The notes: generated by a model not told the origin, from the letters alone. Counted from the stretch's first letter, positions 37,601-48,271 are shown. The stretch is DNA of 64,000 nt from an uncultured Gammaproteobacteria bacterium (GCA_965231005.1 OZ246405.1:295204-359203); one strand, 5' to 3'. A program made the numbers and translations.

Positions 37601-38653
37601 ATGCGAACGTTCTTTTCGTGCACACTACTTTTTTCGATTCTCATCTTGAGTGGCTGTAGCGGCCCAACCTACAGTTCAACACCTGCTGCCAATTCCATGA
37701 ATGCGAGCGTTGTCAAAAGGACGATGAACCCGGATTTCAAGACAGAGATTCCAGTTCAGAATCTGCTTGGCCAGCTCGCAGTTCAGAGTGGGCAGCACTG
37801 GGTGGTGTCCACTCGCTTTCATCATCTTCTCCTGAATCCACCACAATTCGGACTTGCTGACAAGTGGGGAGCTTTTCTGAAGTTTCCCATTCACTCTCTC
37901 CGAGGCAAACGAATTCGGTCTGCTCGGCTGGTAGTTGCCAAGATCGGAGGATGGAACAGTGAAAACTCCCATTCATTTGTTGTCCAACAGCTATCAAGAG
38001 CACTCGAAGTGCAGAACTTTTCGAGGAATGAGAATCGGATTTGTACTGCAAATGTGCAAGGGCTCATTGATCCCAAAAAGGTCTTCACCGAAAAATGGAC
38101 AACTCAGAAAGAAAGTGGACCAAAAGAGATGAAGTATCCTCATTTGCTGGAATGCAAGATCGGTCCTGGAAGCAAGGTCCCGCCGACGTGTCGGGATCTG
38201 ATCGGAACGTTTGGGAACCTTTACGCCCTCATGAACTGCCTGACCAGGATTGGTCATCCACCACAGCAGGTTTACTTCAATGGCGCGATCGGATCAGTAG
38301 ACGTGTCAGCCTCACTGAACGCAGCTCTTACGAGCAACAAGCGTGAAGTGGTATTTTGGTTCAAGCAATTGGGCGGGGGAGCCTTCGTGCATGATACTTA
38401 TACTGCTTTTCAAGGCTACGGTTCTCCAATCGGACCAAAGCTGATCGTTGATGCTGTTGCTGATCCTTCTGCCTCAGATTCACTTGGTGAGCCAAGAGAC
38501 CATCGTACTCGGCCAACAGCTTATGGCTGTACCAAGGATACAGACTGCAAGGGTGATCGGATTTGCGAAAACGGAAAGTGTGTCAGTCCTGAGCGCCCAA
38601 AGAAAAAGAAGAAAAGGAAAAAGCGTCGTCGCAAGCGCAAGAAGTCCAAGTAA
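37601..38653 (+). CDS. secreted lipoprotein with a C-terminal Cys-rich module and a poly-Lys/Arg tail; GC-rich island gene
   Basis: RBS GGAGGT. Lipobox ILILSGCSG. The C-terminus reads CTKDTDCKGDRICENGKCVSPERPKKKKKRKKRRRKRKKSK. Confidence 0.6.
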   Translation: MRTFFSCTLLFSILILSGCSGPTYSSTPAANSMNASVVKRTMNPDFKTEIPVQNLLGQLAVQSGQHWVVSTRFHHLLLNPPQFGLADKWGAFLKFPIHSLRGKRIRSARLVVAKIGGWNSENSHSFVVQQLSRALEVQNFSRNENRICTANVQGLIDPKKVFTEKWTTQKESGPKEMKYPHLLECKIGPGSKVPPTCRDLIGTFGNLYALMNCLTRIGHPPQQVYFNGAIGSVDVSASLNAALTSNKREVVFWFKQLGGGAFVHDTYTAFQGYGSPIGPKLIVDAVADPSASDSLGEPRDHRTRPTAYGCTKDTDCKGDRICENGKCVSPERPKKKKKRKKRRRKRKKSK

Positions 38654-38722
38654 GCACGGTTCTGAAATAAGCCCACAAACAACAAGGAGAAGAAAAAACC
38701 GCCACTTTCGAGTAGGCGGTTT

Positions 38723-39880
38723 CTATTTTTTGTCATGTTCTCTGCCGTAATACCAGGCTGCTAATCCAGTAGTCAGAGGAACTGCCAAGACCAGTGCTAT
38801 GCTCCCTACCAACATGCGTACAACTTCTTCGATTACGATTTCACTGTTCAAGACCAGCCATGTTGGTCTTTCATATACTTCAAACAACAGTAGTAACGGT
38901 AAGGAAGTTCCAGTGTAAGCAAGAATTAAAGTGTTTACCAAAGATATAATATGTTCCCGACCAACTGATGAGCCTCTTAAAAATAATTCACGCACACTAA
39001 AAGCAGGATTTGCTTTGTGTAGCTCTTCAACCACTGCGGCTTGTGCTGTTGTTATATCATCAAGCACACCTAGTGTTCCAATAATAATACCGGCCAGCAA
39101 TATTCCTCGCAGATTAAATATTTTTTCTGGTGCAGCTTGAAGATAAAAAGCTTCTTCACTTCCAAGACCAAACAAATGCATAAGATCAGTAACAAACATT
39201 GCTAAAAGTAAGGCAACAAAAATCGTGATGAGCGTACTTATAAATGCAATTGTTGTGCGAGAACGAAATCCATGGGCAATAAATATTGACGCTGTAGCAA
39301 TAAAAAGAGTTCCAACAAGACCAATGATGAGTGTGTTTTGTCCATCAATAATGCGAGGTACAATAAACCAAATAATCACTGCAAAACTGATAAGTAGACC
39401 AATCAGTGCTCGGACGCCCGCCCATCTCGTGAACAGTATGACCAGAATCAAGAATAATCCAAAAAGGAGCCAGAGTGAGTTAAGGCGGTATACATCACTA
39501 ATATAATAAGTGACATCTTCATTGAAAGCACTTTTGCCAACAACAACGCGATCTGATGTGGTCAGCCGCGCACTTCCTGGGCTGCCGGCTGGTATACTGA
39601 ATTCTAATTCTAGTTCTGTTCCTTTGTCTGGTCCATTTTCGATTTTGACTGGTACAGATTGAATAAGTGTTGTTTGTCCAAATTCTGTAATCATTTCTTC
39701 GGTTGGTTCTCCAATAACAGATGCACGATAAAATTCATCCTGCTGTATGGTCGGGGTTTCAAAGTCAACAGTATCTGGCACGTCACTGGCTTGCGCAGGT
39801 TGTCCTAAAGCAATACAAAAAAATGCAAGTAGTATTGGCATCATTTTTGTGAGAAATGATTTGTATCTTTGTATAGTCAT
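38723..39880 (-). CDS. YibE/F family membrane protein
   Basis: N-terminal signal peptide, a periplasmic domain, then about 8 TM helices. Confidence 0.55.
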   Translation of the reverse strand: MTIQRYKSFLTKMMPILLAFFCIALGQPAQASDVPDTVDFETPTIQQDEFYRASVIGEPTEEMITEFGQTTLIQSVPVKIENGPDKGTELELEFSIPAGSPGSARLTTSDRVVVGKSAFNEDVTYYISDVYRLNSLWLLFGLFLILVILFTRWAGVRALIGLLISFAVIIWFIVPRIIDGQNTLIIGLVGTLFIATASIFIAHGFRSRTTIAFISTLITIFVALLLAMFVTDLMHLFGLGSEEAFYLQAAPEKIFNLRGILLAGIIIGTLGVLDDITTAQAAVVEELHKANPAFSVRELFLRGSSVGREHIISLVNTLILAYTGTSLPLLLLFEVYERPTWLVLNSEIVIEEVVRMLVGSIALVLAVPLTTGLAAWYYGREHDKK

Positions 39881-40162
39881 GAGTCCGATGTATTCATTCT
39901 TGTTTCTATATTATAGCAGATTGAGAATGTTATACGTTTTAGAAGCGTTATCGTGCTGTTGCGTCCATTATTTTTGTCGATTTTTTTTAGTGTAGTGCCA
40001 TAGTGTAGAAATTTTTTTTCCACAAAGGCGAGAGAATTTTTTTGAAAACATAACAAGTCCACTCAACACAAGTGTTGCATAACCAAACAACAGAGACAGG
40101 AGTGTACTAATGCCAGAAGGCCCTTGGTTTTGGATAAATTCACATCCAACGCACATATGAGA

Positions 40163-40993
40163 CTATTGAGATGATTGGAAAAAATTTCTTAGTGTGAATG
40201 CGAGCAAGAAAATAATAGTACCAGATATAATTATGGTTGCTCCGGTAGGCAAATCAAGGAGTACAGAAAATAAAAGTCCAAGAATGACGATAATGCATGC
40301 TGCCAAGACACTCTTCCACTGAAATGAAGAAAATGTTCTAGAGAGAATTTGACTTGTTGCGCTTGGAGTAATAAGCAGCGCAGAAACCAAGACGATTCCT
40401 ACCAGCTTAATTGAAAGAACAATTGCAAGTGCTGTCAGTATATATAATGTGAGGATATATTTAGATGGATTGAGTCCACTTAAGTACGCGCCTTCTTGGT
40501 CTAATAACACAAATGATAACCGTTTTGATATGAGAATTGTTGTAATAAGAAGGGGTAAACCAACAAGGAATGTCAAAAGCATATCTTGCGTTTGAATTGC
40601 TAGAATATTCCCAAATAAGAAGCTAATAAGTTCTGGCTGAAAACCAGGAGTAAAGTGAAGGAGTATAACACCAAGTGCCATACCAGTGGTGAACAAAATG
40701 CCAATAGCTGCATCTCCTGAAATTTGTGAATACTTTTCAATCGAAAAAATACTTATCGCTAAGATAACAGATAGAACAAGTGCAGTAACAGTCGGCATCC
40801 AACCCACAAGAAGTGCAAGTGCAATCCCTGCAAGCGACGCATGAGCAATTCCATCACCTAAAAAACTTAACTTATGTATATTTACAAATACACCAAGCGT
40901 TCCTAGGAGTACAGCGACCATAAGTCCTGAGAAAATGGCTCGCTGCATAAATGGTTCTAAAAAAATTTCTAGCATAAGTATTAATGTATACAT
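40163..40993 (-). CDS. znuB: zinc ABC transporter permease
   Basis: Eight TM helices typical of TroCD/ZnuB. Overlaps znuC by 13 nt. Confidence 0.8.
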   Translation of the reverse strand: MYTLILMLEIFLEPFMQRAIFSGLMVAVLLGTLGVFVNIHKLSFLGDGIAHASLAGIALALLVGWMPTVTALVLSVILAISIFSIEKYSQISGDAAIGILFTTGMALGVILLHFTPGFQPELISFLFGNILAIQTQDMLLTFLVGLPLLITTILISKRLSFVLLDQEGAYLSGLNPSKYILTLYILTALAIVLSIKLVGIVLVSALLITPSATSQILSRTFSSFQWKSVLAACIIVILGLLFSVLLDLPTGATIIISGTIIFLLAFTLRNFFQSSQ

Positions 40994-41724
40994 TGGTGAT
41001 GATAATGCGCTTGATGGCGTTCTCCGTACATCTCATTCAAAATTTCTTCGGTGAGTGCCTCTTTTGGTTTACCTTGGCAGAGCATTCTTTTATCAATACA
41101 TAAAACATTATCCGCATATCTGAATACTGTATCGAGTTCATGCGATATGAGTATAACTGTTGTCCCATTTTTTTGATTGAGTTCTTTTAGCAATTCATGA
41201 ATAGATTTTCTTCCTTCAATATCTAATCCAGCAACAGGCTCATCCATAATCAGTAGTTCTTTCTTCATCAAAAGAGAGCGAGCAATTAACACACGTTGTA
41301 GTTGCCCTCCTGAAAGCTCACCCAATTGTTTTTTCATTGTCTCTTTTGGTAGACCAACATCGCTGAACTTTTTTTGAATTATTTTCAATTGTTTCTGATC
41401 TTGCTTGCCAATCACGTAAAGTGATAGTAAAAGAAATTCTTCCACCGTGATAGGAATATGTGGATTGTATGTAAATCGTTGTGGGACATATCCAATTGAC
41501 GTTCGTGCGCTTTCTGGAGTTTTTCCATTTATTGTGATTGTTCCTTTGTCTGGTTTTATAAGTCCCATGATCATTTTTGCAAGTGTTGATTTTCCAGCTC
41601 CATTTGGTCCAATAAGGGCGACGATCGAACCTTTTGGTATTACAAATGAGACATCATCAACAACAGGAATATCTCCATACGTTTTCGTTACGTTATGTAT
41701 TGCAATATAATCAGACTTTTTCAT
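40981..41724 (-). CDS. znuC: zinc ABC transporter ATP-binding protein
   Basis: Walker A GPNGAGKST, signature LSGGQLQR, Walker B LIMDEP. Confidence 0.85.
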   Translation of the reverse strand: MKKSDYIAIHNVTKTYGDIPVVDDVSFVIPKGSIVALIGPNGAGKSTLAKMIMGLIKPDKGTITINGKTPESARTSIGYVPQRFTYNPHIPITVEEFLLLSLYVIGKQDQKQLKIIQKKFSDVGLPKETMKKQLGELSGGQLQRVLIARSLLMKKELLIMDEPVAGLDIEGRKSIHELLKELNQKNGTTVILISHELDTVFRYADNVLCIDKRMLCQGKPKEALTEEILNEMYGERHQAHYHHQCIH

Positions 41725-41729
41725 GATGT

Positions 41730-42713
41730 TTATTTAAGCGCTTTTACAACAGTCTCCACATTATAATCTATGAGTTCAATGTATGAGTCACGCCCTGATG
41801 TACCACCGATCGGGTCAAGAACAGAAACAGAAATATCATTGTCTTTGGCAAATTGTTCTAAAGATGCGCCGTGGAGTTGTGGTTCAGTAAAGAGGGCTGT
41901 AATATCATGTTCTTCAATAGTATGTCTAAGTTCCTGAAGATAAGATGGTGTTGGCTCTTTTCCTGGGAACGGTTCAAATGTAGTAAGAATTTCTAAATCA
42001 AAGTGATGAGCAAAGTAAGAGAATGCATTATGGAAAGTCACGAGCTCACGTGTTTTTACCTTCTTAAGAGTATTATCCCATTCTGCATTTTTGTTTTCAA
42101 GTGCTTTGGCAAATGTTTTTGCGTTTTTTTCGTAGGCATTTTTGTTTGCAGGATCAATATTCCCAAGTTCCTTTGCAATCTTGTTCGCCATAAGAACAGC
42201 ATTATCAGGAGCAAGCCAATAGTGTGGATCAAATTCACCATGGTCATGATCATGTTCATCTTCATCTTCATGCTCATCGTGGTGATCATCGTGATCTTCT
42301 TCGTGCTCATCATGATCGTCATGGTCATCTCCTTCTTCGTATTTACGGAGTTTCATATCTTTATCAAGTTCAATCACTTTTGCATTACGAATATTATTAG
42401 CAATACCTGTTGTCCATTCATCCAAACCTTGTCCTATTGAAAAGATCGCTTTTGTCCCTTGGAGTTTAGTAAGCTCAGATGGTGTTGGTTCAAATGTGTG
42501 TGGGCTTGCTCCAGGTTGAAGAATAAGTTTAACATCAGCAAGATCATCAGCAACAGTTTGTGCTATGTCATAGATAGGAAATATTGTCGCAGCAATTTTT
42601 ATGTTGCCATTACTTTGTTTTGCTTCTTCCGTATGTTGTTTTGACGTGTAAGAAAACAATGCGAAGATTGTGACTAGCAGTAAACCTGCAATAAAGAGTA
42701 ATTTTTTGTTCAT
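41730..42713 (-). CDS. znuA: zinc ABC transporter substrate-binding protein with a His/Asp/Glu-rich loop
   Basis: Signal peptide. The loop DHDDHDEHEEDHDDHHDEHEDEDEHDHDHGEFDPH is typical of ZnuA. Confidence 0.85.
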   Translation of the reverse strand: MNKKLLFIAGLLLVTIFALFSYTSKQHTEEAKQSNGNIKIAATIFPIYDIAQTVADDLADVKLILQPGASPHTFEPTPSELTKLQGTKAIFSIGQGLDEWTTGIANNIRNAKVIELDKDMKLRKYEEGDDHDDHDEHEEDHDDHHDEHEDEDEHDHDHGEFDPHYWLAPDNAVLMANKIAKELGNIDPANKNAYEKNAKTFAKALENKNAEWDNTLKKVKTRELVTFHNAFSYFAHHFDLEILTTFEPFPGKEPTPSYLQELRHTIEEHDITALFTEPQLHGASLEQFAKDNDISVSVLDPIGGTSGRDSYIELIDYNVETVVKALK

Positions 42714-42753
42714 ATTATTGTTTTAGTAAGTAAATAAGAGTTTTATGTATGAT

Positions 42754-43146
42754 TTATGTTGCACAGGAATTGCATAATCCTGTAAACACCATGGTATGGT
42801 GTATTTTCTTAAATGATGAAAATTTTTTTTGTGGCAATTCACATGGAATGCATTCATTTTTTTCACATTCTGTGCAAACAATATGGTGATGATGATTTTT
42901 TGCTTCATGGACTTCGTAATGCTGTTCCCCGTGAAGGGATAGCGTGGTATGGATTATGTCCAATTTGCAAAATAACTCTAATGTCCTATAAACAGACACT
43001 CTGTCTAAATTCTTCAGAGCAGTATAAATTTCAGGTGCAGAAAATACCCCTTTCTTCTTTGCTATCCACTTAGAAATTTCCTTTCGAGGATTGGTGAGCT
43101 TGTAACCTGCATCAGTTAGCATTGTATATATTTCTTTAGGTTTCAT
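42754..43146 (-). CDS. zur: Fur family transcriptional regulator, probably Zur
   Basis: Winged-helix N-terminus; HHHHIVCTECEKNECIPCE metal sites. First gene of the znu operon. Confidence 0.7.
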   Translation of the reverse strand: MKPKEIYTMLTDAGYKLTNPRKEISKWIAKKKGVFSAPEIYTALKNLDRVSVYRTLELFCKLDIIHTTLSLHGEQHYEVHEAKNHHHHIVCTECEKNECIPCELPQKKFSSFKKIHHTMVFTGLCNSCAT

Positions 43147-43176
43147 AGGGAGTTAAATAAAGAGTATAGCTAGTTT

Positions 43177-43195
43177 AATGCAAATGAGTTGCATT
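43177..43195 (-). promoter_or_regulatory. candidate Zur operator (7-5-7 inverted repeat AATGCAA-atgag-TTGCATT)
   Basis: A perfect inverted repeat 31-50 nt upstream of the zur-znuACB operon. Confidence 0.3.
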
Positions 43196-43298
43196 TGTCA
43201 AGATATGATGTCCACACGGTCCTTTTTCTCTTTATGGAGAATAAATAATAAAAAAGACCGCTTATTCAAAAGTAACGGTCTTTTCAGTATGATTTGTT

Positions 43299-45224
43299 TT
43301 ATTTTTTCAGCATCTTCCTCACTTCTTTCAGAATCCCACTACTATCAATTCCAACAGCTTTATACAGATCTTTCCAAGTTCCAGAAAGTTGGTATTCATT
43401 TACTCCCAAGATCTTAAATGCATCAAGTCTAATATTATTTTGTGTTATATAACTTGCAAGTTGGTTCCCAAGTCCACAATTTACCTCATGATCTTGCACC
43501 ACAAGTACTTTTTCATTTTTCTTTATTGACCTTAAAAGTGTGTTATCAAATCTTTTGATTGAACTTGCAATCACAATTTCAGCAAGAATCCCTTCTTTTT
43601 TCAATTTGTCGTATGCTTCCAAGGCTTCAGCCGCTGTTGCACCGGCAGTAACTATTGTTATTGCTTTTCCTTTTCTTAGCACATCACATTTTCCATATTC
43701 ATATTTGTAGCTTGCATCAAAAAATGGCTTTCCATTTTCTTTTGTTAGTACAGGGGTTTTATGTCGCCCCATTCGAACATAAAAATTTCCATAATGACTG
43801 GCAACATACCGAATAATTCTATCGCAATGGTTTGGATCTGCAGGCTCAATTACCATTGTATTTACTAATCCAAGCATTGAACCAAGATCATCAATAGATT
43901 GATGTGTTGGTCCATCTTCTCCAACAGAAAGACCACAGTGCGTTGCAACCATTTTTACATTTGTTTGATTAATATCATTTACACGTGCTTGATCTTTTGC
44001 ACGACTTGTCATAAATGCACCAAAGGTTGAACAAAATGGTACAAATCCATTTAGGCTGAGTCCACCAGAACACGAAACCATGTGCTGCTCTGCAATACCA
44101 CATTCTACAAATTGTTTTGGAAGTTCTTTTTTCACATAATCAGTTTTTACAGAACCACCGACATCAGCAGTCAATGCCACCACTCCCTTATTTTTCTTTG
44201 CAAGATCAAGCAATGCTTTTCCATATGCAGTTCTACAGTCAGTCAATTCATCTGCAGAGTATAGTTTTGCTTTTCCTGTTTTTATTTTTGCATTTGAAAG
44301 TGGTTTTTGAAAACGTGGTTTTGCAGGCTTATATTTAATTTTCTTTTTAAATGCAGCAATCATCTTTTCTTGTTCTGTTGTCACTTTAAGATGTTTGAGC
44401 ATTTCTTTTGCCTGTTCTGGTTTTGCTGCTTTTCCGTGCCATGTTGCCTTGTATGCTTTTCCTTCTTTTTCCATTCCATGAACACCTTGCCCCATGACGG
44501 TATTTCCAAGAAGTAACACTGGTTTGTGTTTTACTTTATACGCAAGATGAAGTGCTCTCCACATGTCTTCAAAGTCATGTCCATCTACTTCTATAATGTG
44601 CCAATTTGCTGCACCAAAAAGTGCTTTTGGATTTATTGGCATAACTTGTTTTAGACTTTCAGAAAGCTGTACTTGATTGTAATCCATGAACACAATCAAA
44701 TTATTTAATTCATATTTATGTGCAAAATTCATCATTTCATACACTTGTCCTTCTTCTGATTCTCCATCTCCAAGAAGTGCAAAGACTTTTTCTTTGCTAT
44801 GTTTCATTTTTTCTGCAAGTGCAAAACCAGCAGCAGCAGAAATTCCAGCACCGAGTGGTCCTGTACCATACCATACACCAGGCACGTGCCGTGTGACATG
44901 TCCTTCATATGGAAACCCAATCTTTCTAAAACCTTGGATCACTTCTTTTTTTGGAATATATCCAAGTTCAGCAAGAACAGCATAAACTGCAGGAGAAATA
45001 TGTCCATTTGAAACAATAATTTTTTCTCCTGTTTGGCTCAGAATAAAACTATATATAAGTGCAAGATAGTCAATGCAAGATAATGCACCACCAGGATGAC
45101 CACTTGCAGCATTTGTTGTCATTTCAATAATAGATCGTCTGCAAGATGTTGAAAATGCATGCAAAAAATCAAGGTGTTTTTTTTGTAATTTTGCATGTAT
45201 GTTTGGAATGGTAAGTGTTTTCAT
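43299..45224 (-). CDS. tkt: transketolase
   Basis: Motifs GHPGG, GDGESEEGQ, GEDGPTHQ. A terminator follows at 43250-43285. Confidence 0.9.
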   Translation of the reverse strand: MKTLTIPNIHAKLQKKHLDFLHAFSTSCRRSIIEMTTNAASGHPGGALSCIDYLALIYSFILSQTGEKIIVSNGHISPAVYAVLAELGYIPKKEVIQGFRKIGFPYEGHVTRHVPGVWYGTGPLGAGISAAAGFALAEKMKHSKEKVFALLGDGESEEGQVYEMMNFAHKYELNNLIVFMDYNQVQLSESLKQVMPINPKALFGAANWHIIEVDGHDFEDMWRALHLAYKVKHKPVLLLGNTVMGQGVHGMEKEGKAYKATWHGKAAKPEQAKEMLKHLKVTTEQEKMIAAFKKKIKYKPAKPRFQKPLSNAKIKTGKAKLYSADELTDCRTAYGKALLDLAKKNKGVVALTADVGGSVKTDYVKKELPKQFVECGIAEQHMVSCSGGLSLNGFVPFCSTFGAFMTSRAKDQARVNDINQTNVKMVATHCGLSVGEDGPTHQSIDDLGSMLGLVNTMVIEPADPNHCDRIIRYVASHYGNFYVRMGRHKTPVLTKENGKPFFDASYKYEYGKCDVLRKGKAITIVTAGATAAEALEAYDKLKKEGILAEIVIASSIKRFDNTLLRSIKKNEKVLVVQDHEVNCGLGNQLASYITQNNIRLDAFKILGVNEYQLSGTWKDLYKAVGIDSSGILKEVRKMLKK

Positions 45225-45480
45225 ATTTTTTTATTTTAGCATGTTTTAGCGTAATAAACTAATTTTTAATATTTTTTTAAAGGGTGTTTGCTATTGTAAA
45301 AAGGCTATATTAAGCTAAAAAAAAGAATATCATTGACAATAGGTTATTTTTTTGCTAATTTTAGCTGTTTCGTGTATTCAATCACGGCTGTTATTTTGTG
45401 ATTTTTTTAAGTCATTAAGTGATAGTCGTGGTAGGTAATCACGACATCTTGATCTTTGAAAACTAAACCAGGGGGTCTAA

Positions 45481-47883
45481 ATGAAGATGACAAGAATCAT
45501 CATGACGATCGCGGCGTGTCTTGCGATCATAAGCGGATGTGCTGCTGATTCAGTAGCCGATGGTCCATCGACGAGCACTGCACAGGATGCAGTCGCTTAC
45601 GACGACGGATCCATCCGTCAGTCCGACATCGAAAGTCTCGACACAGGAAAGGGCGACATTCAAAACGACATCGGTGAGCTGGACTCGATCGAAAGCAACC
45701 AGACCGAGGACGCTGTAAAGTTGCCTCCGGAATGTATCGTTGACAAGGATTGCGACGATGGTGTTTCGTGCACTGTCGGTAAATGCAACTCGCTTGGTGC
45801 TTGTGTCTATAACCCAGATGCACAGCTGTGCGACAAGGGCAATTTCTGCGAGTTGTATTACTGTGACGTCATCAAAGGTTGCGTGTCCACGAGTCTACCA
45901 GATGGTAAGGATTGCGGTTCATACGGCTGTCTCAAGAAGACCTGCGTCAGCAAGGAGTGCATCAGCAAAATCATTCTGAGTACATGTAAGGACGGTGATG
46001 TCTGTAGCCAGGCACACTGTAACGCACTTGGCGTCTGTGAATACTCGATCAAGTCGGGTTGCTGCAAGGAAGATAGTCAATGTGAAGACGGTCTGTACTG
46101 CACGCTTAACAAGTGCAACAAGTCTGACAACACGTGCTATGAGCTGCTCGCTAACTGCGACGATGGCAATGTTTGTACGGCTGACTACTGTGATGAAAAC
46201 GCGCCCAAGGACAAGAAGTGCAAGCATGTTCCGATCAAGGATTGCTGTAACAGTGCCAAGGATTGTGTGGATGATAGTAAGTGTAATGTCGACAAGTGCG
46301 TCAAGTCGTGGCACAAGTGCGTCTACGCAACAAAGGACTGCAATGACAACAAGCCGTGCACTAAAGATTTCTGTGACGTTGACACAGGTAAGTGTGTGAA
46401 CACAACCATCAAAGGATGTTGCACCAAGCTTACGGATTGTGGCGTGACTCAGTCGCACGACAAGACGGGCTGTCTGTTCACGCTTTGTAACCCGACTGTC
46501 GGTCTCGCTGGCACTTGCACCACCGTCAATGCAAAGGATGGATCTGAGTGTCTCGACGGTGACCTGTGTAACGGAGCAGATCACTGCGAAAGCGGGAAAT
46601 GCGTTCCAAACAAGAAGACTGTTGTCGCGTGCGATGATGGGAATCTCTGTACCACGGATTACTGTACTCAGGGGGCAAATGGCGGGTGCAAGTTTGTTCC
46701 GGTGAAGAGCAAGACTCCGTGTAGCGATGGTAATGCCTGTACTTCTAGCAAGTGTTTCGATGGCTTTTGTAAGGTGTGGAACCAGAATCTTTGTGATGAT
46801 GGTGTCCAATGCACGCTGAACTCCTGCGCTTCGATCGCTCTTCCTGGCCCAGGCGGAAAGTCGTACAAGCAGTGTTTCCTCCCGACTTTTGTTCACTCAC
46901 TTTGTAGCGACAACAAGCCCTGCACTGTAGATACCTGCACGAAGAAGGGATGTGTGAACACGCCAAAGAAGTGCGACGACGGGAATTCCTGCACCACTGA
47001 TTCTTGCGACAAGAAGACCGGAACGTGTAAGTACACTCCGATTAAGGATTGCTGCGCGAAAGACAGCGATTGTGTTGGTGACAAGTGTACTCAAGTGTTG
47101 TGCAATAAGAAGACAGGGAAGTGTGGGACCACTCTCCTCCATTACAACGATTGTATGAGCAAGGCACCGAACTGTACCACGCGTATTGCATGCCACAGAA
47201 AGAGCGGGGCATGTAAATACGACGAGCTGGTGTCCGGAAAGGAATGGGTGTCCATTGGTGTTGGTGTCTGTGTGGATACAAGCCCTTGCTCTGCGCAGAA
47301 ATGCGATCCGAAGACGGGTAAGTGCGTGTCCAAACAAGTCTGCGATGACGGGAACAAGTGCACCGACGACAGTTGTCAGGGTGGAAAAAAGTGCAAGCAT
47401 GTTCCGGTCAAGAATTGCTGCAACACCGCTAAGGACTGCGACGACGGCAACCCATGCCGGATTTACAAGTGCCAGAAAGAGTATAATCATTGCACCTACG
47501 TCCCGGCCAAAAACTGTGACGATGGAAACAAGTGTTCGGTCGACAGTTGCGACGAAAAGACTGGCAAGTGCAAGCATCTGCCGTTTATCGGGAAGGGTTG
47601 TTGTGAAAAGCCTACGGACTGTAACGACAACAACAAGTGTACCATCGAAAAGTGCGAGAACTTCAAGTGTTCTAACAAGCAAAAATGTGACGATCACAAT
47701 CCATGCACAGTTGACACTTGCGATAAGTGGGATGGAAGTTGTAGCTTCAAGAAAACTGACCCAACATGCTGTAAAACAGGTGATGATTGCAAAACTCCAC
47801 CTAACTTTTGCCCTAGTTGGATCGCTGTCTGCGAAAAGTCCAAGTGTCTATATTTGAATGGTAAAGGAGATTTCTGCAAATAG
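45481..47883 (+). CDS. large secreted lipoprotein built from about 25 Cys-rich repeats (CDDGNxCTxDxC ... CC), similar to the Myxococcus cysteine-rich repeat; GC-rich island gene
   Basis: RBS CCAGGGGGT. Lipobox LAIISGCA. Tandem CxDGNxC(T/S)xDxC modules. The long antisense ORFs are artefacts. A terminator follows at 47907-47950. Confidence 0.65.
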   Translation: MKMTRIIMTIAACLAIISGCAADSVADGPSTSTAQDAVAYDDGSIRQSDIESLDTGKGDIQNDIGELDSIESNQTEDAVKLPPECIVDKDCDDGVSCTVGKCNSLGACVYNPDAQLCDKGNFCELYYCDVIKGCVSTSLPDGKDCGSYGCLKKTCVSKECISKIILSTCKDGDVCSQAHCNALGVCEYSIKSGCCKEDSQCEDGLYCTLNKCNKSDNTCYELLANCDDGNVCTADYCDENAPKDKKCKHVPIKDCCNSAKDCVDDSKCNVDKCVKSWHKCVYATKDCNDNKPCTKDFCDVDTGKCVNTTIKGCCTKLTDCGVTQSHDKTGCLFTLCNPTVGLAGTCTTVNAKDGSECLDGDLCNGADHCESGKCVPNKKTVVACDDGNLCTTDYCTQGANGGCKFVPVKSKTPCSDGNACTSSKCFDGFCKVWNQNLCDDGVQCTLNSCASIALPGPGGKSYKQCFLPTFVHSLCSDNKPCTVDTCTKKGCVNTPKKCDDGNSCTTDSCDKKTGTCKYTPIKDCCAKDSDCVGDKCTQVLCNKKTGKCGTTLLHYNDCMSKAPNCTTRIACHRKSGACKYDELVSGKEWVSIGVGVCVDTSPCSAQKCDPKTGKCVSKQVCDDGNKCTDDSCQGGKKCKHVPVKNCCNTAKDCDDGNPCRIYKCQKEYNHCTYVPAKNCDDGNKCSVDSCDEKTGKCKHLPFIGKGCCEKPTDCNDNNKCTIEKCENFKCSNKQKCDDHNPCTVDTCDKWDGSCSFKKTDPTCCKTGDDCKTPPNFCPSWIAVCEKSKCLYLNGKGDFCK

Positions 47884-47960
47884 AGGAGGAAAGGAGTCTA
47901 AAACCCACGCAAACACTGAGAGATCAGTGTGCGCGTGGGGTTTTTTTTTGGGATAGTAAC

Positions 47961-48266
47961 TTATGACAAAAGTTGCAGTACAATAACAATTTGCAGCGCA
48001 AGAATAATTGCCATGCCTGCCTGGAAAGACGCTTTTTTTGTTTTATGACGAAAAAAATTCATTCCAAGGAGCGCACCAATTGACCCTCCGATAAGTGATA
48101 ATATCCAAAGTGTTCTTTCTCTAATTCTACGTGAATCCCAATGTGCCTTTATTTTATCGAGACCAAAATAAAAAAAAGTAATAATGTTTATTATTACAAG
48201 ATAAAGAATGGTTGTCTGGATCCAGAGTTCTAATTCAATAAATGATTTTACAATGTCTAAAAACAT
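47961..48266 (-). CDS. DUF1294 family membrane protein
   Basis: FGLDKIKAHWDSRRIRERTLWILSLIGGSIGALLGMNFFRHKT. Confidence 0.6.
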   Translation of the reverse strand: MFLDIVKSFIELELWIQTTILYLVIINIITFFYFGLDKIKAHWDSRRIRERTLWILSLIGGSIGALLGMNFFRHKTKKASFQAGMAIILALQIVIVLQLLS

Positions 48267-48271
48267 ACAAA

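Noticed and set aside
45919-47857. Long antisense or off-frame ORFs (45919..46896 minus, 46897..47697 minus, 47186..47857 plus) inside the Cys-rich repeat lipoprotein gene
   Set aside because: They have low-complexity Arg/Ala/Thr-rich translations typical of GC-rich antisense frames. The sense frame has an RBS, a lipobox and a coherent repeat architecture.
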